The notes: generated by a model not told the origin, from the sequence alone. A stretch of 64,000 bases of DNA from Microcoleus sp. (GCA_042408215.1 JAYFMW010000010.1:32001-96000); one strand, 5' to 3'; positions 30,430 through 41,409 are shown, counted from the first letter of the stretch. Made by a program: numbers and translations.

Positions 30430-30540
30430 TTTCTAACTGTTTTTGCAGTAACTTTTCTTGTTCTGAGTTCAGAATTATTTGGATCATAAAGCTGCCTCTA
30501 TTCCTGCGATCGCCTAAATGAGTAACCTTAAAATTTTTGA

Positions 30541-30612
<72 letters not shown>

Positions 30613-30699
30613 GTAGATAATTAACATAACATACTAACTCCAAATTAGCAAGTAAAATTTTCCCAAAAATTCAGCCACTGGTTTCAGAGCTAGTACCTA

Positions 30700-32056
30700 G
30701 CTAGCGATTAAATAGACAAGGTGGTACAGTTGTAGACAAATCTACGATCTACCATTTTGTTCAAACCCTGCGCGATTCCCAAAAAACCTTGGATTGTCAG
30801 TAAAGACACTCGCTTTCGCTGGGATGTTTCGCGGAAGTTACCAGCCAAACCCACCCTGTCGGGTCATCGGTGAAATCCAGTGTTGAGGTCGAGCAATGCT
30901 TTTATCCATCAAAACAAAGTTAAAGCCGGCACAAGAGTCTATCAACAGTCATGAGCAAACACGCAGGCATAGCTAGGTTTACTTATAACTGGGGATTGGC
31001 TACTTGGAGCAACCTTTACAAAGATGGAGTAGCGCCCAACAAATACCTGCTCAAGAAATTCTTCAACAATCATGTGAAACCTGAGTTTACATGGATTAAA
31101 GAGAAAGGGATCTGCCAAAAGATAACTCAATACGCTTTTGACAATCTTGGAGACTCTTTCTCCTTATTTTTCTCAAAAAAAGGTGGATATCCCAAGTTCA
31201 AGAAAAAAGGACATCACGACTCTTTCACGATAGACGCAAGTGGCAAGCCTATTCCTGTGGGCGGTACGTCTATAAAGTTACCGACCATCGGCTGGGTAAA
31301 AACTTACGAGGGATTGCCTCATACTACCTGCAAGTCAATCACCATTTCACGTACTGCCGATAGTTGGTTTATCGCCTTTGCTTATGAACAAAATCATGAA
31401 CCGACAATCAAAAGTCATGAGGTTGTAGGAGTTGATTTGGGAGTAAAAGAGTTGGCTACCCTTTCAACGGGCGTAGTATTTCCCAACCCAAAACACTACA
31501 AATCGCATCTGGCAAAACTCAAGAGATTATCAAGAGTTCTGGCGAGAAAAGTGAAAGGCTCTAATAATAGACATAAAGCTAAAGTCCAGCTAGGGAAACA
31601 TCATGCAAAAATAGCAAACCTCAGAAAAAACACTCTGCATCAAATCACTACTTACTTATGCAAAAACCACGCAACGATAGTAGTAGAAGATTTGAAGGTC
31701 AGTGGGATGCTAAAGAATCACAAACTAGCGCAAGTAATAGCTGACTGTGGATTCCATGAATTCAAACGTCAGTTAGAATACAAAGCTAAAAAGTTTGGTT
31801 GTGAAATAATTGTTGCCGACCGTTGGTTTCCGTCAACCAAAACCTGTTCAAGTTGTGGACATATCCAAGATATGCCACTAAAAGAAAGGACTTACAACTG
31901 TGGAAGTTGCGGTCATTCGATAGACAGAGATTTGAACGCAGCAATTAATTTATCGCGGTTGGCTAAACCGTGAAAGCTTGCCGAGGGATAGCCGCTCCCA
32001 TGCTCCCGATGAAGCAAGAAGCAAGTGTCTAGACTTGTCTAGTATTTGTATAGCAG
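30700..32056 (+). mobile_element. IS607-like element: degenerate tnpA HTH remnant plus tnpB
   Basis: TAGACA-type short repeats at both ends; decayed MerR-like HTH at about 30750-30872; 3' reRNA-like tail ending in tatagcag. Confidence 0.7.
30951..31973 (+). CDS. tnpB: TnpB RNA-guided endonuclease (N-terminal ATG at 30896 is out of frame)
   Basis: RuvC motifs VGVDLG, VVEDL and DRDLNAA intact; CSSC/CGSC zinc finger. Confidence 0.88.
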   Translation: MSKHAGIARFTYNWGLATWSNLYKDGVAPNKYLLKKFFNNHVKPEFTWIKEKGICQKITQYAFDNLGDSFSLFFSKKGGYPKFKKKGHHDSFTIDASGKPIPVGGTSIKLPTIGWVKTYEGLPHTTCKSITISRTADSWFIAFAYEQNHEPTIKSHEVVGVDLGVKELATLSTGVVFPNPKHYKSHLAKLKRLSRVLARKVKGSNNRHKAKVQLGKHHAKIANLRKNTLHQITTYLCKNHATIVVEDLKVSGMLKNHKLAQVIADCGFHEFKRQLEYKAKKFGCEIIVADRWFPSTKTCSSCGHIQDMPLKERTYNCGSCGHSIDRDLNAAINLSRLAKP

Positions 32057-32104
32057 TTAAACTCGACACAATGCCAAGAATACAGGCATTTGTCGAGCCT
32101 AGCA

Positions 32105-32317
32105 TCAATCAACCACCCACCAGCCCGCCGCTGGGCCCACAAACCGCACTACAATCCACCAACCAACCAAAAGGCTAATCCCGATCCAGCTTCCGCGACT
32201 TGTCCACTTCACAAAATCTGCGCTTTGGGTTTTCGTGATCGGGAGCCAGGGATAGATACGTTCTTCTTCACCATACTTATCTCCGATCGCCTCTTTGCGA
32301 CGCTTAGATTCGCCCAT
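32105..32317 (-). CDS. DUF2839 family small membrane protein
   Basis: MGESKRRKE...PWLPITK.Q...VRFVGPAAGWW. Confidence 0.85.
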   Translation of the reverse strand: MGESKRRKEAIGDKYGEEERIYPWLPITKTQSADFVKWTSRGSWIGISLLVGWWIVVRFVGPAAGWWVVD

Positions 32318-32383
32318 AATCTTTGTCTACTAAATTTGATTTCAACTGGAATACTTAACCAAATTATACGCTAATGGGTATGT

Positions 32384-33919
32384 TCAAGCCTGCGTCAACC
32401 AAGTTGTATCGAGATAATCAATCCTCGCAAAGGGACTTAAAGCCGCTAAAACTTGCTGTCCATAACTGCGGTGAATCACCCGCGTGTCAAAAATCGCCAC
32501 AACCCCCTGCCTTTCTCGCACAGGCGCGATCGCCCTTTGCAACTCATTCAACGCCGCCGGCAGCAAATACAACCGAAACCAATCCTTACGCCGTTCCTTA
32601 TAATAAGCCACCCGCGCCGTCACCAAAGGATTTTCTAAAGAAGGTAGCGGCAAAGTTGCGATCGCCAGCAAATGAGGCGCCCTCAATTCCCCCTGATGTT
32701 CGCGCCAAAACTCCCACCCAGTCACCAAAATCCCATTCTCCCCCACATCTGTGGTTTCTACCCGCACCCGAGAACCGAACTCAGAAGCCAAAATCGCCGC
32801 CAGCCTCGCCTTCAGCGGTACATCTCCCACAATCAGCACCGTTAACCCCGCAACCGACGCACTCATGCACAGCAAAGTCCGAATTTCCTGAATTAACACC
32901 CCCTGAAATTCCGGCGTATTCGGCAACGGCAGCCCCGAAGGAATGTAAAGTTGAATTAATTCGCTTTGTCGATCGGGCGAAAACTTAACGGTAGTCAATT
33001 CTGGAAGTCCCAGCATTTCCCGGAAAATCGGCGCCTTCGGTTCCAAATCCACCGCCCCGCCAATCAACACCACAGCCCGATCGTCCCAAATTTTGCTCAA
33101 AACCTCCGCCACCTGCACCGGCGCGCAGTACAGTGAAAATGACCCAGCAGATCGATTAATTTGAGCCCATCTGAGTTGTCCGTTGGTTTCCCACCGATGC
33201 CAAAAATTGCTCCAAGCCGCAGGAATTAGCTCGATCGAACTTTGAGCAATCTTTTCAAACAGCCCCAGCAAAATATTTTGCTCTGCGGTTTCCAACAAAT
33301 AGCACTCATCCGGCTTGGCTGGATGCTGAAAGAAAGCCCGCGTTAGCAGTACCCGCCCTTGGAGGATTGCATCGGCTTGGCTGGGCGCAGCCAGCATCAA
33401 TTCATTCCAGTCTCCCGGATGCAAACACGCCGTCAATTGCTCCCGCGTCCAAACTTCCAAGTCATCCACACCATCAATAATTGTCGGAATCTTCCTGTGA
33501 AATTGCGAATCAATCGCCAAGCGCGACGCCAGCCAAGGTTGTGGCTCTGCTAGCATTAGTCCTTGGAAATCGGTATTTTGGTCATAAGTCGCGATCCTCT
33601 TCGAGGGCTTCGCTAACGGCCCTTCTGTTTGCAGCCACTCTTGCAATCGAGGGATTTCCACAGCTCTCAAATGCTCAATCACCGGAGTCGGCGCCACTAA
33701 AATCGCAGGCTCCGGCCACATTAAAATCGGCATCAAATAGCTGACTCGATAGCGCTGTCGGTAAACTCCTGCGGGGAGCCCTGTTTGAATCAGAGCGCTG
33801 CGCCCCAAACGCAAAGCCCGCGCCACGAGACGCGCCATTGTCAAATGATGTGGCCAGTGCGGCTCCGAGTGCGATCGCAGGAAACGGAGCAGCGAGTTGT
33901 GGACTTCTACCTCAATCAA
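32384..33919 (-). CDS. DinG-like helicase C-terminal domain protein
   Basis: WPHHLTMARLVARAL, LPLPSLENP and D.RV..RSYG motifs. Confidence 0.85.
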   Translation of the reverse strand: MIEVEVHNSLLRFLRSHSEPHWPHHLTMARLVARALRLGRSALIQTGLPAGVYRQRYRVSYLMPILMWPEPAILVAPTPVIEHLRAVEIPRLQEWLQTEGPLAKPSKRIATYDQNTDFQGLMLAEPQPWLASRLAIDSQFHRKIPTIIDGVDDLEVWTREQLTACLHPGDWNELMLAAPSQADAILQGRVLLTRAFFQHPAKPDECYLLETAEQNILLGLFEKIAQSSIELIPAAWSNFWHRWETNGQLRWAQINRSAGSFSLYCAPVQVAEVLSKIWDDRAVVLIGGAVDLEPKAPIFREMLGLPELTTVKFSPDRQSELIQLYIPSGLPLPNTPEFQGVLIQEIRTLLCMSASVAGLTVLIVGDVPLKARLAAILASEFGSRVRVETTDVGENGILVTGWEFWREHQGELRAPHLLAIATLPLPSLENPLVTARVAYYKERRKDWFRLYLLPAALNELQRAIAPVRERQGVVAIFDTRVIHRSYGQQVLAALSPFARIDYLDTTWLTQA

Positions 33920-33929
33920 TCTATTTTAC

Positions 33930-34865
33930 CGAAAATCTGGGTTTAAAGCCCCGTCCTAAAAGGACGGCTTTTATCTAAGACTTTGCTTGATAAAAAGTGC
34001 TTAGGTGTGATATAATCATAGCTGGTAAAAGTATAGTCATTTATTACAGTGCCGTGGGAGGCATGAAGTCCCTCCCCTTTCGCTTTCACTTCGAGCGGAT
34101 TAACCCGCCTCGGCTGAACTACGCAGCTCTCTATCAAGAGTGCTAAACGCATTTGGGATTGCTTTTCTCAAAATATTGTAAGACCCGTTAACATCGGCGT
34201 TAATCAATCGACCCTTCTGACTATATGATACTACCATTGTCTATTGATGCTTACAATCTTAATGAAGTTTTACAATACCATGATAGTTAGAGAAGCTCAG
34301 CTAAAAAACGGAACAAAGGAGCAATACTCAGCCCTTGATGAAGCCATCAGGACATCGCAGTTTATTAGAAACAAAGCTGTCAGATTTTGGATGGACAACA
34401 AAGGTGTTAATAAGGCTTTCTTGTACGCACTATGCAAAGATATTGCTTTGCTAAAAAGCTAAATTCAGCAGCCAGACAAGCCAGTGCGGAACCTGCTTGG
34501 GCTTCTATCTCTAGCTTCTATACACGCTGTAAAAAAGGCGAAAAAAAGAAGGGTTATCCCAAATTCAAAAAGCATTGTCGCTCTGTAGAGTACCAGGTGT
34601 CAGGCTGGAAACTGTCATTCGACTGCATTAGCATTAACTTCACCGATGGTTTTGAAATTGGAACTTTGTCTCTATTCTGCAACAAAGAAACGCCGGAAGA
34701 CCTTCAGAGACTCAAAATCAACCCTGTGCGAGTGGTACACAGAGCAGACGGGTATTATGCTCAATTCTGCTTGGATGCCGATCGTAAAGAAGAAGGGGAA
34801 TATACAGGCCATGTTGTTGGCTTGGATCTGGGGTTGAAATACTTCATCAAAGACCAAAATGAAAA
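33930..34865 (+). mobile_element. Truncated IS200/IS605 element (tnpA remnant on - strand, frameshifted tnpB 5' half from 34280)
   Basis: Left end follows TTAC, with hairpin ccgtcctaaaaggacgg; tnpB fragments MIVREAQL...YPKFKK...VGLDLG. Confidence 0.8.
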
Positions 34866-35108
34866 CGTTGAGATTAGCCCTGTTTAAGATTGCCCCTGTG
34901 AGATTGGTACTGCTGAGTCTAGCCACGTTCAGGTTAGCTTCTGTGAGGTCAGAGTCGCTCAAGTTAGCGCCACTGATGTTGGTGACACAGAAGCTAGCTC
35001 CTTTCAACATTGATTAGCTTCATTGAGGTTGATACCTGTAAAATCTCTGTCGCCTTCTGTGTATCTTTTAACGAGTTCAAATCGTTTGATAAGTTCTTCA
35101 GCTTCCAT
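34863..35108 (-). pseudogene. Truncated, frameshifted pentapeptide-repeat gene (third paralog)
   Basis: MEAEEL...YTEGDRDFTGINLNEAN / ...EANLNVARLSSTNL, ending at the tnpB junction. Confidence 0.75.
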
Positions 35109-35290
35109 TGTTTTTACCTGAATCAAAAATAAATTTTCTCAATTTACAGTAGCCAAACTCGATTTTTTATCCAATAATTTTCTAATATAGCGGTCTTCAA
35201 CCGCAGGAGGTACAAGCCGATCGATGCCCTATGCCCTATGCCCTATGCCCAATCCCCAAGCGTACCTCATTGAACAGAGAAGGGCTATAT

Positions 35291-36868
35291 TTAATCACCG
35301 ATTTGATAAAAATTTTTGACAAACTCAACCACCGTATTGAGTGGGGGGGTTGTGAATCTTTGGGCTTTAATTGCAGGATTAATCGAGGTTTTAGTGACTC
35401 CAGGCAAATTTATTAAATGTCTGCCAAAGTCTGGGTGGTAGTGAACCATCAAAGTTTCGGCGGTGGAATTGGACAGTATAGTTTGGGTCGGCGACTGGAA
35501 AAAACTCGAAACCGCTTCATTATCGAGGGGGATGGGCTGAATTTTGATCTCTCCTATTTTTCTAATTGTTTGGGTCAAAGCCACGCTCAATTGCACTACC
35601 AAATTTGAAAATCTGACCCCAAGGTTATTGCCAGTTTGCGGTTGAATCATCCTCAGTAGAGTAATGAGATTTTTCTGAGTAAATGTCGCGTCACTAAAGG
35701 GAATAATGGCAACGAAAGCTGTGGGAAATAGTTGATCGTCCTGCTCTATTCTAAACGATATGATTGTGCGCCTGGAATTAACTTCGATACTGGGAGGATG
35801 GCTCAAGCCTGGGTATTGACGGGCAATTTGGCGGTAGGTAGCAGCGAGGACAAAGTTAGCGTCGGGGTCGAGGGGTCGATCGACAATAATTTGCACCGTA
35901 GGCGGCGTAGCATTAAAATACTTTTGAGCTGCTTCGGCACTGAACCGCTGAATCAGGCTGCGATCGCCATTCGAGCTCAGATCCACCCAGTCGCAGGTGA
36001 CATCATCTGCTTTCAAACCAAACCTCGATACAGCGTAAATTTTTGCCCCTGTCAGGGCAGCCCCCGTCAAGTCTGCACCCACCCAATCGGCGTGAATCAA
36101 ATTCGCTTGAGTCAAATCCGCGTGTACCAGAGTAGCGTTCAACAGGTTGGCATTGCTCAAATTTGCCCCGTACAAGTTAGCCCCGCTCAATCTCGCCTCA
36201 TCGAGGTCAGCGCCGGTCAAATTCGCCCCGCTGAGGTCAGCCCACCGGAGATTAGCACCTCGTAAGTCAGCGCCGCTGAGGTTAGCTTGAGACAGATTAG
36301 CTTGTCTGAGTTCAGCATTACAGAGATTCACTCCCCGGAGATCCGCGCGGCTCAAGTCGGCCCTGTGCAAGTTGGCCCGTTCCAAATTGGCCGCGGTGAG
36401 GCAAGCACCTCTGAGGTGAGCCCCACTGAAGTCAGTTTGCTCTAGATTGGCTTCTCTGAGAGTTGCCTCTCTCAAATCTGCTTCGCTGAGGTTTGCTCCG
36501 CTGAGGTTAGCACCGCTGAGGTCGGCTCGAATCAGTTCAGCTCTGATCAATGTAGCGTCAACGAGTTGGGCCTCGCGGAGGTCGGATCGAATCAAGTTAG
36601 CGACGTTGAGGATAGCGCCGCTGAGGTTAGCTTTGTGGAGATTGGCACCGCTGAGTCTAGCAACATTGAGTTTGGCTTTTCTCATGTTTGCACCACTGAG
36701 ATTGGTGCCGCTCATGTTGGTGAGGCTCAAGATTGCCTCGCTGAAATTAGCCCCGCTGAGATCGATTCTACTAAGATTGGCCTCGCAAAGGAGGATGGCA
36801 TTAAAATTTCTTTCTCCTGCTGCATATTTGGCTCGGAGTTCTTCGGCATCCATACTGTTCAATCCCAC
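35291..36868 (-). CDS. Pentapeptide repeat protein with C-terminal domain
   Basis: Long A(D/N)LxG repeats. Confidence 0.92.
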   Translation of the reverse strand: MGLNSMDAEELRAKYAAGERNFNAILLCEANLSRIDLSGANFSEAILSLTNMSGTNLSGANMRKAKLNVARLSGANLHKANLSGAILNVANLIRSDLREAQLVDATLIRAELIRADLSGANLSGANLSEADLREATLREANLEQTDFSGAHLRGACLTAANLERANLHRADLSRADLRGVNLCNAELRQANLSQANLSGADLRGANLRWADLSGANLTGADLDEARLSGANLYGANLSNANLLNATLVHADLTQANLIHADWVGADLTGAALTGAKIYAVSRFGLKADDVTCDWVDLSSNGDRSLIQRFSAEAAQKYFNATPPTVQIIVDRPLDPDANFVLAATYRQIARQYPGLSHPPSIEVNSRRTIISFRIEQDDQLFPTAFVAIIPFSDATFTQKNLITLLRMIQPQTGNNLGVRFSNLVVQLSVALTQTIRKIGEIKIQPIPLDNEAVSSFFQSPTQTILSNSTAETLMVHYHPDFGRHLINLPGVTKTSINPAIKAQRFTTPPLNTVVEFVKNFYQIGD

Positions 36869-36929
36869 TGATTTTTTAGTTATAACAAAGCTTTAGAATA
36901 AGCAATTTTTGCAACTTGACGCAATATGC

Positions 36930-38492
36930 TTAGACATCTATATTGTGGAAGCCTTTGATAAAATCTAAAACGTTACTGAGGGTAGTCTCAGCTAATTTGG
37001 TGCTTTCGACTAACTTGGCTGCGGTCGTGTTGTTCGGGTCGTATTTTTTAATCAGGCGCTTGCCGAAGGCTGGGTGGTGATATACACTTAGTTTTTGACC
37101 ACGGGAATTAATTAGTACCATCTGTGTAGGAATCTGAAAGAAGTTGATGCTTTCCCCGATTTTGGGAAAAGAATTCGATATTTTGATTTGGTCTACTTTG
37201 CTGATAGCTTGGTTAAGAGATTTGCTGCACTGTTGAACGTGTTTGGATTCTTTGACGTTGAGATTGCCTGCGTCGTGGGATTGCATCATTTTCATCAAGG
37301 CGATCAGATTTTTTTGAGTGGTTGCCGCGTCGTTAAAGGGAATTATGGAGACGTAAGCGGTGGCGAATAATTTATCATCGCTGTCCATTTGAAAGGCTAG
37401 TACGGTGCGCCGAGAACTAACTTCGATCGTGGGAGGCTGACTTAAACTGGGGTATTGTTGGGTAATTTGGTAATAAGTTGCAGCTAGTGCAAAATGAGCG
37501 CCTTGGTCTAGGGGTGCGTCAATCACAATCCGAACTGTGGGCAAGGACGAGTGAAAAAATTCTTGCGTTCCTCCAGAATTTAACCAGTAAATTTGGCTGT
37601 GGTCGCCGTTGGGACTGAGATCAACCCACTTGCAGGTCATGCCTTCGGTTTTGATGCCGAGCCGCGAAACTGCGTGGAGTTTGGCTCCGGTTAAGGTGGC
37701 TCCGGTTAAGTCGGCTCCAATCCAGTCGGCGTGGATCAGATAGGCATTGGTGAGGTCGGCGTGAACTAAACTGGCATTCAGCAAGTTAGCGTGGCAGAGG
37801 TCGGCTCGGCTGAGGTCTGCGCCGCTCAATTTGGCTTCGCTCAGGTCTGCCCAGCGGAGGTTGCAGCCGCTGAGGATAGCCCAGCGCAGGTTGACACCGC
37901 TGAGGTCGGCTCCGCTGAGGATGGCTTGAGTGAGGTTGGCTTGTCGGAGTTCTGTGCCTCGGAGGTCTGCGCCGCTCAGGTCGGCTCTGCTCAGGTCGGC
38001 TCCTTGTAAGTTGGCTTGTTCGAGGTTGGCTTCGGTCAAGTACGCGCCGCTGAGGTTGGCTCCTCGAAGGTTGGCTTGGCTGAGGTTGGCACCTCGGAGG
38101 GTGGCTTCGGTGAGGGTGGCGCCGCTGAGGTTTGCACCAATGAGGTTTGCACTGCTGAGTTCTGCTCGAATTAACTCGGCTCTGATCAGTTTAGCTCCTG
38201 TGAGTATGGCTTTTTTGAGGTCAACTCGCACTAGGTATGCGACGTTGAGATCCGCGTCGGTGAGGTTGGCGCCACCGAGATGGGCTCCGCTGAGTCTGGC
38301 GATGTTGAGTTTTGCACCGATCAGGTTGGTTTGGCTGAGGTTGGCACCGCTCAGGTTTGCTACACTTAGATTCGCACCCTTGAGGTTGGCTCCACTCAAG
38401 TTGACACCGCTGAGGTTTGCCTCAGTCAGGTTGATTCCGGCAAAGTTTCTCTCTCCGCTGGCATATTTTTTCAGGAGTTCCTCGACTGTCAT
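36930..38492 (-). CDS. Pentapeptide repeat protein with C-terminal domain (paralog)
   Basis: Same architecture as 35291..36868. Confidence 0.92.
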   Translation of the reverse strand: MTVEELLKKYASGERNFAGINLTEANLSGVNLSGANLKGANLSVANLSGANLSQTNLIGAKLNIARLSGAHLGGANLTDADLNVAYLVRVDLKKAILTGAKLIRAELIRAELSSANLIGANLSGATLTEATLRGANLSQANLRGANLSGAYLTEANLEQANLQGADLSRADLSGADLRGTELRQANLTQAILSGADLSGVNLRWAILSGCNLRWADLSEAKLSGADLSRADLCHANLLNASLVHADLTNAYLIHADWIGADLTGATLTGAKLHAVSRLGIKTEGMTCKWVDLSPNGDHSQIYWLNSGGTQEFFHSSLPTVRIVIDAPLDQGAHFALAATYYQITQQYPSLSQPPTIEVSSRRTVLAFQMDSDDKLFATAYVSIIPFNDAATTQKNLIALMKMMQSHDAGNLNVKESKHVQQCSKSLNQAISKVDQIKISNSFPKIGESINFFQIPTQMVLINSRGQKLSVYHHPAFGKRLIKKYDPNNTTAAKLVESTKLAETTLSNVLDFIKGFHNIDV

Positions 38493-38524
38493 GGGGGCGG
38501 CACCCTATCAAATATCCCCATTTT

Positions 38525-39376
38525 ATGATTATGAATATCGGTATTGTAGGACTTGGTTTAATTGGCGGCTCGATCGGGCTGGATTTGCGATCGCGCGGGT
38601 TGTATGTTTTTGGGGTTTCGAGCCGGGAGCAAACTTGCCACAGGGCGGTGGATCGGGGTGTTGCCGATCGAGCCAGTGTGCATCTGTCTGACATGGCCTC
38701 CGCCGATGTGGTTTTTATCTGCACGCCCCTGGGGTCGATCGAGTCGATCGCCCGACAGTTGGTTCCCCATCTTTCCCCCGCTACCATTGTAACGGATGTC
38801 GGTTCTGTAAAATCACCCATAGTGCAGGCTGTGTCTTCTCTATGGCCTCAGTTTGTGGGGGGACACCCGATGGCGGGTACTGCTGAGAGCGGGATTGAGG
38901 CGGCGGTGCGGGATTTGTTTGTGGGCCGGCCCTATGTACTGACTCCGACTGCTGAGACACCAGCGGCTGCGGTGGAGGGGGTTGAGGAAATTGCGCGGTT
39001 GCTGGGTTCTCATGTTTATCGGTGCGGCCCAGAAGAGCACGATCGGGCTGTGGCTGGGATTTCTCATTTGCCGCTGTTTGCGAGTGCGACGCTGGTTGCG
39101 GCCTGCGATCGAGAGGGCGATCGGCATATTGTTAATTTAGCGCAACATTTGGCGAGTTCTGGTTTTCGGGACACGAGTCGGGTTGGGGGTGGCAACCCTG
39201 AGTTGGGAGTGATGGTGGCGAGGTACAATCGGGTGGAATTATTGCGATCGCTCTCTATTTACCGCGACTGTCTCGACGAATTCATCAGCGATATCGAAGC
39301 CCAAGATTGGCCAGCTTTGGAACAAAAGCTGAAGCTGACTCAAGCAGCGAGAAAGAATTATGAGTTAGGTCATTAA
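38525..39376 (+). CDS. tyrA: Prephenate/arogenate dehydrogenase
   Basis: GLGLIGGS, DVGSVK, GGHPMAG, ISHLP and GFRDTSR motifs. Confidence 0.93.
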   Translation: MIMNIGIVGLGLIGGSIGLDLRSRGLYVFGVSSREQTCHRAVDRGVADRASVHLSDMASADVVFICTPLGSIESIARQLVPHLSPATIVTDVGSVKSPIVQAVSSLWPQFVGGHPMAGTAESGIEAAVRDLFVGRPYVLTPTAETPAAAVEGVEEIARLLGSHVYRCGPEEHDRAVAGISHLPLFASATLVAACDREGDRHIVNLAQHLASSGFRDTSRVGGGNPELGVMVARYNRVELLRSLSIYRDCLDEFISDIEAQDWPALEQKLKLTQAARKNYELGH

Positions 39377-39573
39377 AACATGACGCTGGGATCACAAATT
39401 CTTTGACGCACTATATATATGGGTAAGGTGCGTCCATAAGCACCCTACAGACGGGATTTTTTGGCGTTATTCCTCGAAAAATTAAACGTTAACAAATAAA
39501 AAAATTGGTAAAAAATTACTTGTCAATAGCCCAATCTAGATTATGATCGTGAACGTCTATATATTGGCTTTCA

Positions 39574-41409
39574 ATGTACACTTATTCTCGACTTAAGCGA
39601 GTTTTACTGGGTGAATCTTTGCCCACCAGTGCATCTATTCACGAACGATTGAGCAACGCTACTGGACTAGCTGTTCTTGCTTCCGATGCACTTTCGTCTG
39701 TTGCCTACGCTACTCAAGAAACTCTGCTTGTGCTATTACTAGCGGGGAGTAGTAGTTTGAGCTTATCGCTGCCTATTTCGGGGATTATTATTTTACTGTT
39801 GGCGATAGTTGCACTTTCTTACCGACAGACGATTAAAGCTTACCCAAACGGCGGTGGCGCTTACATTGTAGCGCGAGAAAACTTGGGTATTTATCCAGGT
39901 TTGATCGCAGCAGCTTCGCTGATGATTGACTACATTTTAACTGTAACTGTCAGTATTTCGGCTGGGGTGGCGGCCTTGACTTCGGCAGTTCCCGGACTGC
40001 AATTCTACACAGTTGAACTGTGCTTAGTTTTTATTGTCCTCATCATGTTTGCCAATCTCAGGGGATTGCGGGAATCTGGCAATATATTTATGGTTCCTAC
40101 CTATGCGTTTATCCTGGGCATTTTTATCTTGATTGGCACTGGTTTGTACCAACAAGCAACAGGTCACGTTTTGCCGACATTAGAAAATATTCCAGGTAAG
40201 GAACCTTTGGGATTATTTCTGATCGCGCGCGCATTTGCGGCGGGCTGTACGGCCCTGACTGGAGTTGAAGCCATCTCAGACGGGGTGTTAGCTTTTAAGC
40301 CTCCTGAATGGAAAAATGCGCGGCTGACTTTGACCTATTTGGGGGTAATTCTGGGAGTGATGTTTTTGGGAATTAGTTACTTGGCTCATATTTATCAAGT
40401 GATTCCTAAAGAACATGAAACAGTCCTTTCTGTGTTAGGAAAAGATATTTTTGGTGTCGGCATATTTTACTACTATTTGCAGGCTGCAACTCTGTTGATT
40501 TTGCTGTTGGCGGCGAATACCAGTTATGCGGATTTTCCGCGACTTTGTTATTTTTTGGCGCGAGACGGGTTTTTGCCGAGACAGTTGTCACTTTTGGGCG
40601 ATCGCCTGGTTTATTCTAATGGAATTACTCTGCTCAGTCTCTGCGCTGCATTTTTAGCGATCATCTTCCGAGGCGACACTACTGCGGTGATTCCGCTCTA
40701 TGCGGTTGGGGTTTTTACTTCTTTTACTTTATCCCAATCGGGCATGGTAATTCACTGGCTGAAAGAGCGGGGTAAAGGTTGGCTGCCCAGTGCTTTGATG
40801 AACGGTATTGGTGCAGTAGCAACGCTGCTAGTTTTGATGGTAATTGTCGCCACAAAATTCCTTTTGGGGGCTTGGGTTGTGGTAGTAACTATTCCGATCG
40901 TAGTCAGTTTATTTTTAGGGATTCGGCGGCATTATCGGTATGTAGCGGCTCGCTTGAGCATTCAGGGAATAGAACCGAAGTTTTATCCTCCAAGACCTAA
41001 AGTTAAGGTAGCAAAAAATCCGGCAGTGGTGTTAGTTGGGCAGTTGCATCGGGGAACTTTGGATGCTCTTGATTATGCTCGTTTAATTGCTGATGAAGTT
41101 GTGGCAGTTCACGTTGATATTGGTTTGACAGATAGAGCAAAATTACAAGCGTCTTGGCAAGATTTGCAGTCTGATATTCCTTTGGAAATTTTAGAATCTC
41201 CTTACCGTTCTGTTGGCGAGGCTTTGACTCACTTTTTGACTTTGTTTGAAGAGCAGCGTCCGGGGGTGTTTTTAACGCTGATTATTCCGGCTTTTGTGAC
41301 GCGAAATTGGTGGGAGGGATTGCTGCACAATCAAACTGCTTTCTTTTTGAAAGCGGCTTTGCGGGCTAAGAGAGGTCTGGTGATGACAACGGTGAGGTAT
41401 TTTCTGTAA
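39574..41409 (+). CDS. APC family permease (KimA/YdaO-like)
   Basis: SDALSSVAY, AYPNGGG and ALTGVEA motifs; C-terminal SPYR and LLHNQT. Confidence 0.88.
   Translation: MYTYSRLKRVLLGESLPTSASIHERLSNATGLAVLASDALSSVAYATQETLLVLLLAGSSSLSLSLPISGIIILLLAIVALSYRQTIKAYPNGGGAYIVARENLGIYPGLIAAASLMIDYILTVTVSISAGVAALTSAVPGLQFYTVELCLVFIVLIMFANLRGLRESGNIFMVPTYAFILGIFILIGTGLYQQATGHVLPTLENIPGKEPLGLFLIARAFAAGCTALTGVEAISDGVLAFKPPEWKNARLTLTYLGVILGVMFLGISYLAHIYQVIPKEHETVLSVLGKDIFGVGIFYYYLQAATLLILLLAANTSYADFPRLCYFLARDGFLPRQLSLLGDRLVYSNGITLLSLCAAFLAIIFRGDTTAVIPLYAVGVFTSFTLSQSGMVIHWLKERGKGWLPSALMNGIGAVATLLVLMVIVATKFLLGAWVVVVTIPIVVSLFLGIRRHYRYVAARLSIQGIEPKFYPPRPKVKVAKNPAVVLVGQLHRGTLDALDYARLIADEVVAVHVDIGLTDRAKLQASWQDLQSDIPLEILESPYRSVGEALTHFLTLFEEQRPGVFLTLIIPAFVTRNWWEGLLHNQTAFFLKAALRAKRGLVMTTVRYFL

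Noticed and set aside
36447..38691. Long + strand ORFs antisense to the pentapeptide genes
   Set aside because: Shadow ORFs caused by repetitive codon usage
39377..39573. c-di-AMP (ydaO) riboswitch upstream of the KimA-like permease
   Set aside because: No recognisable conserved motifs; the region is short and AT-rich
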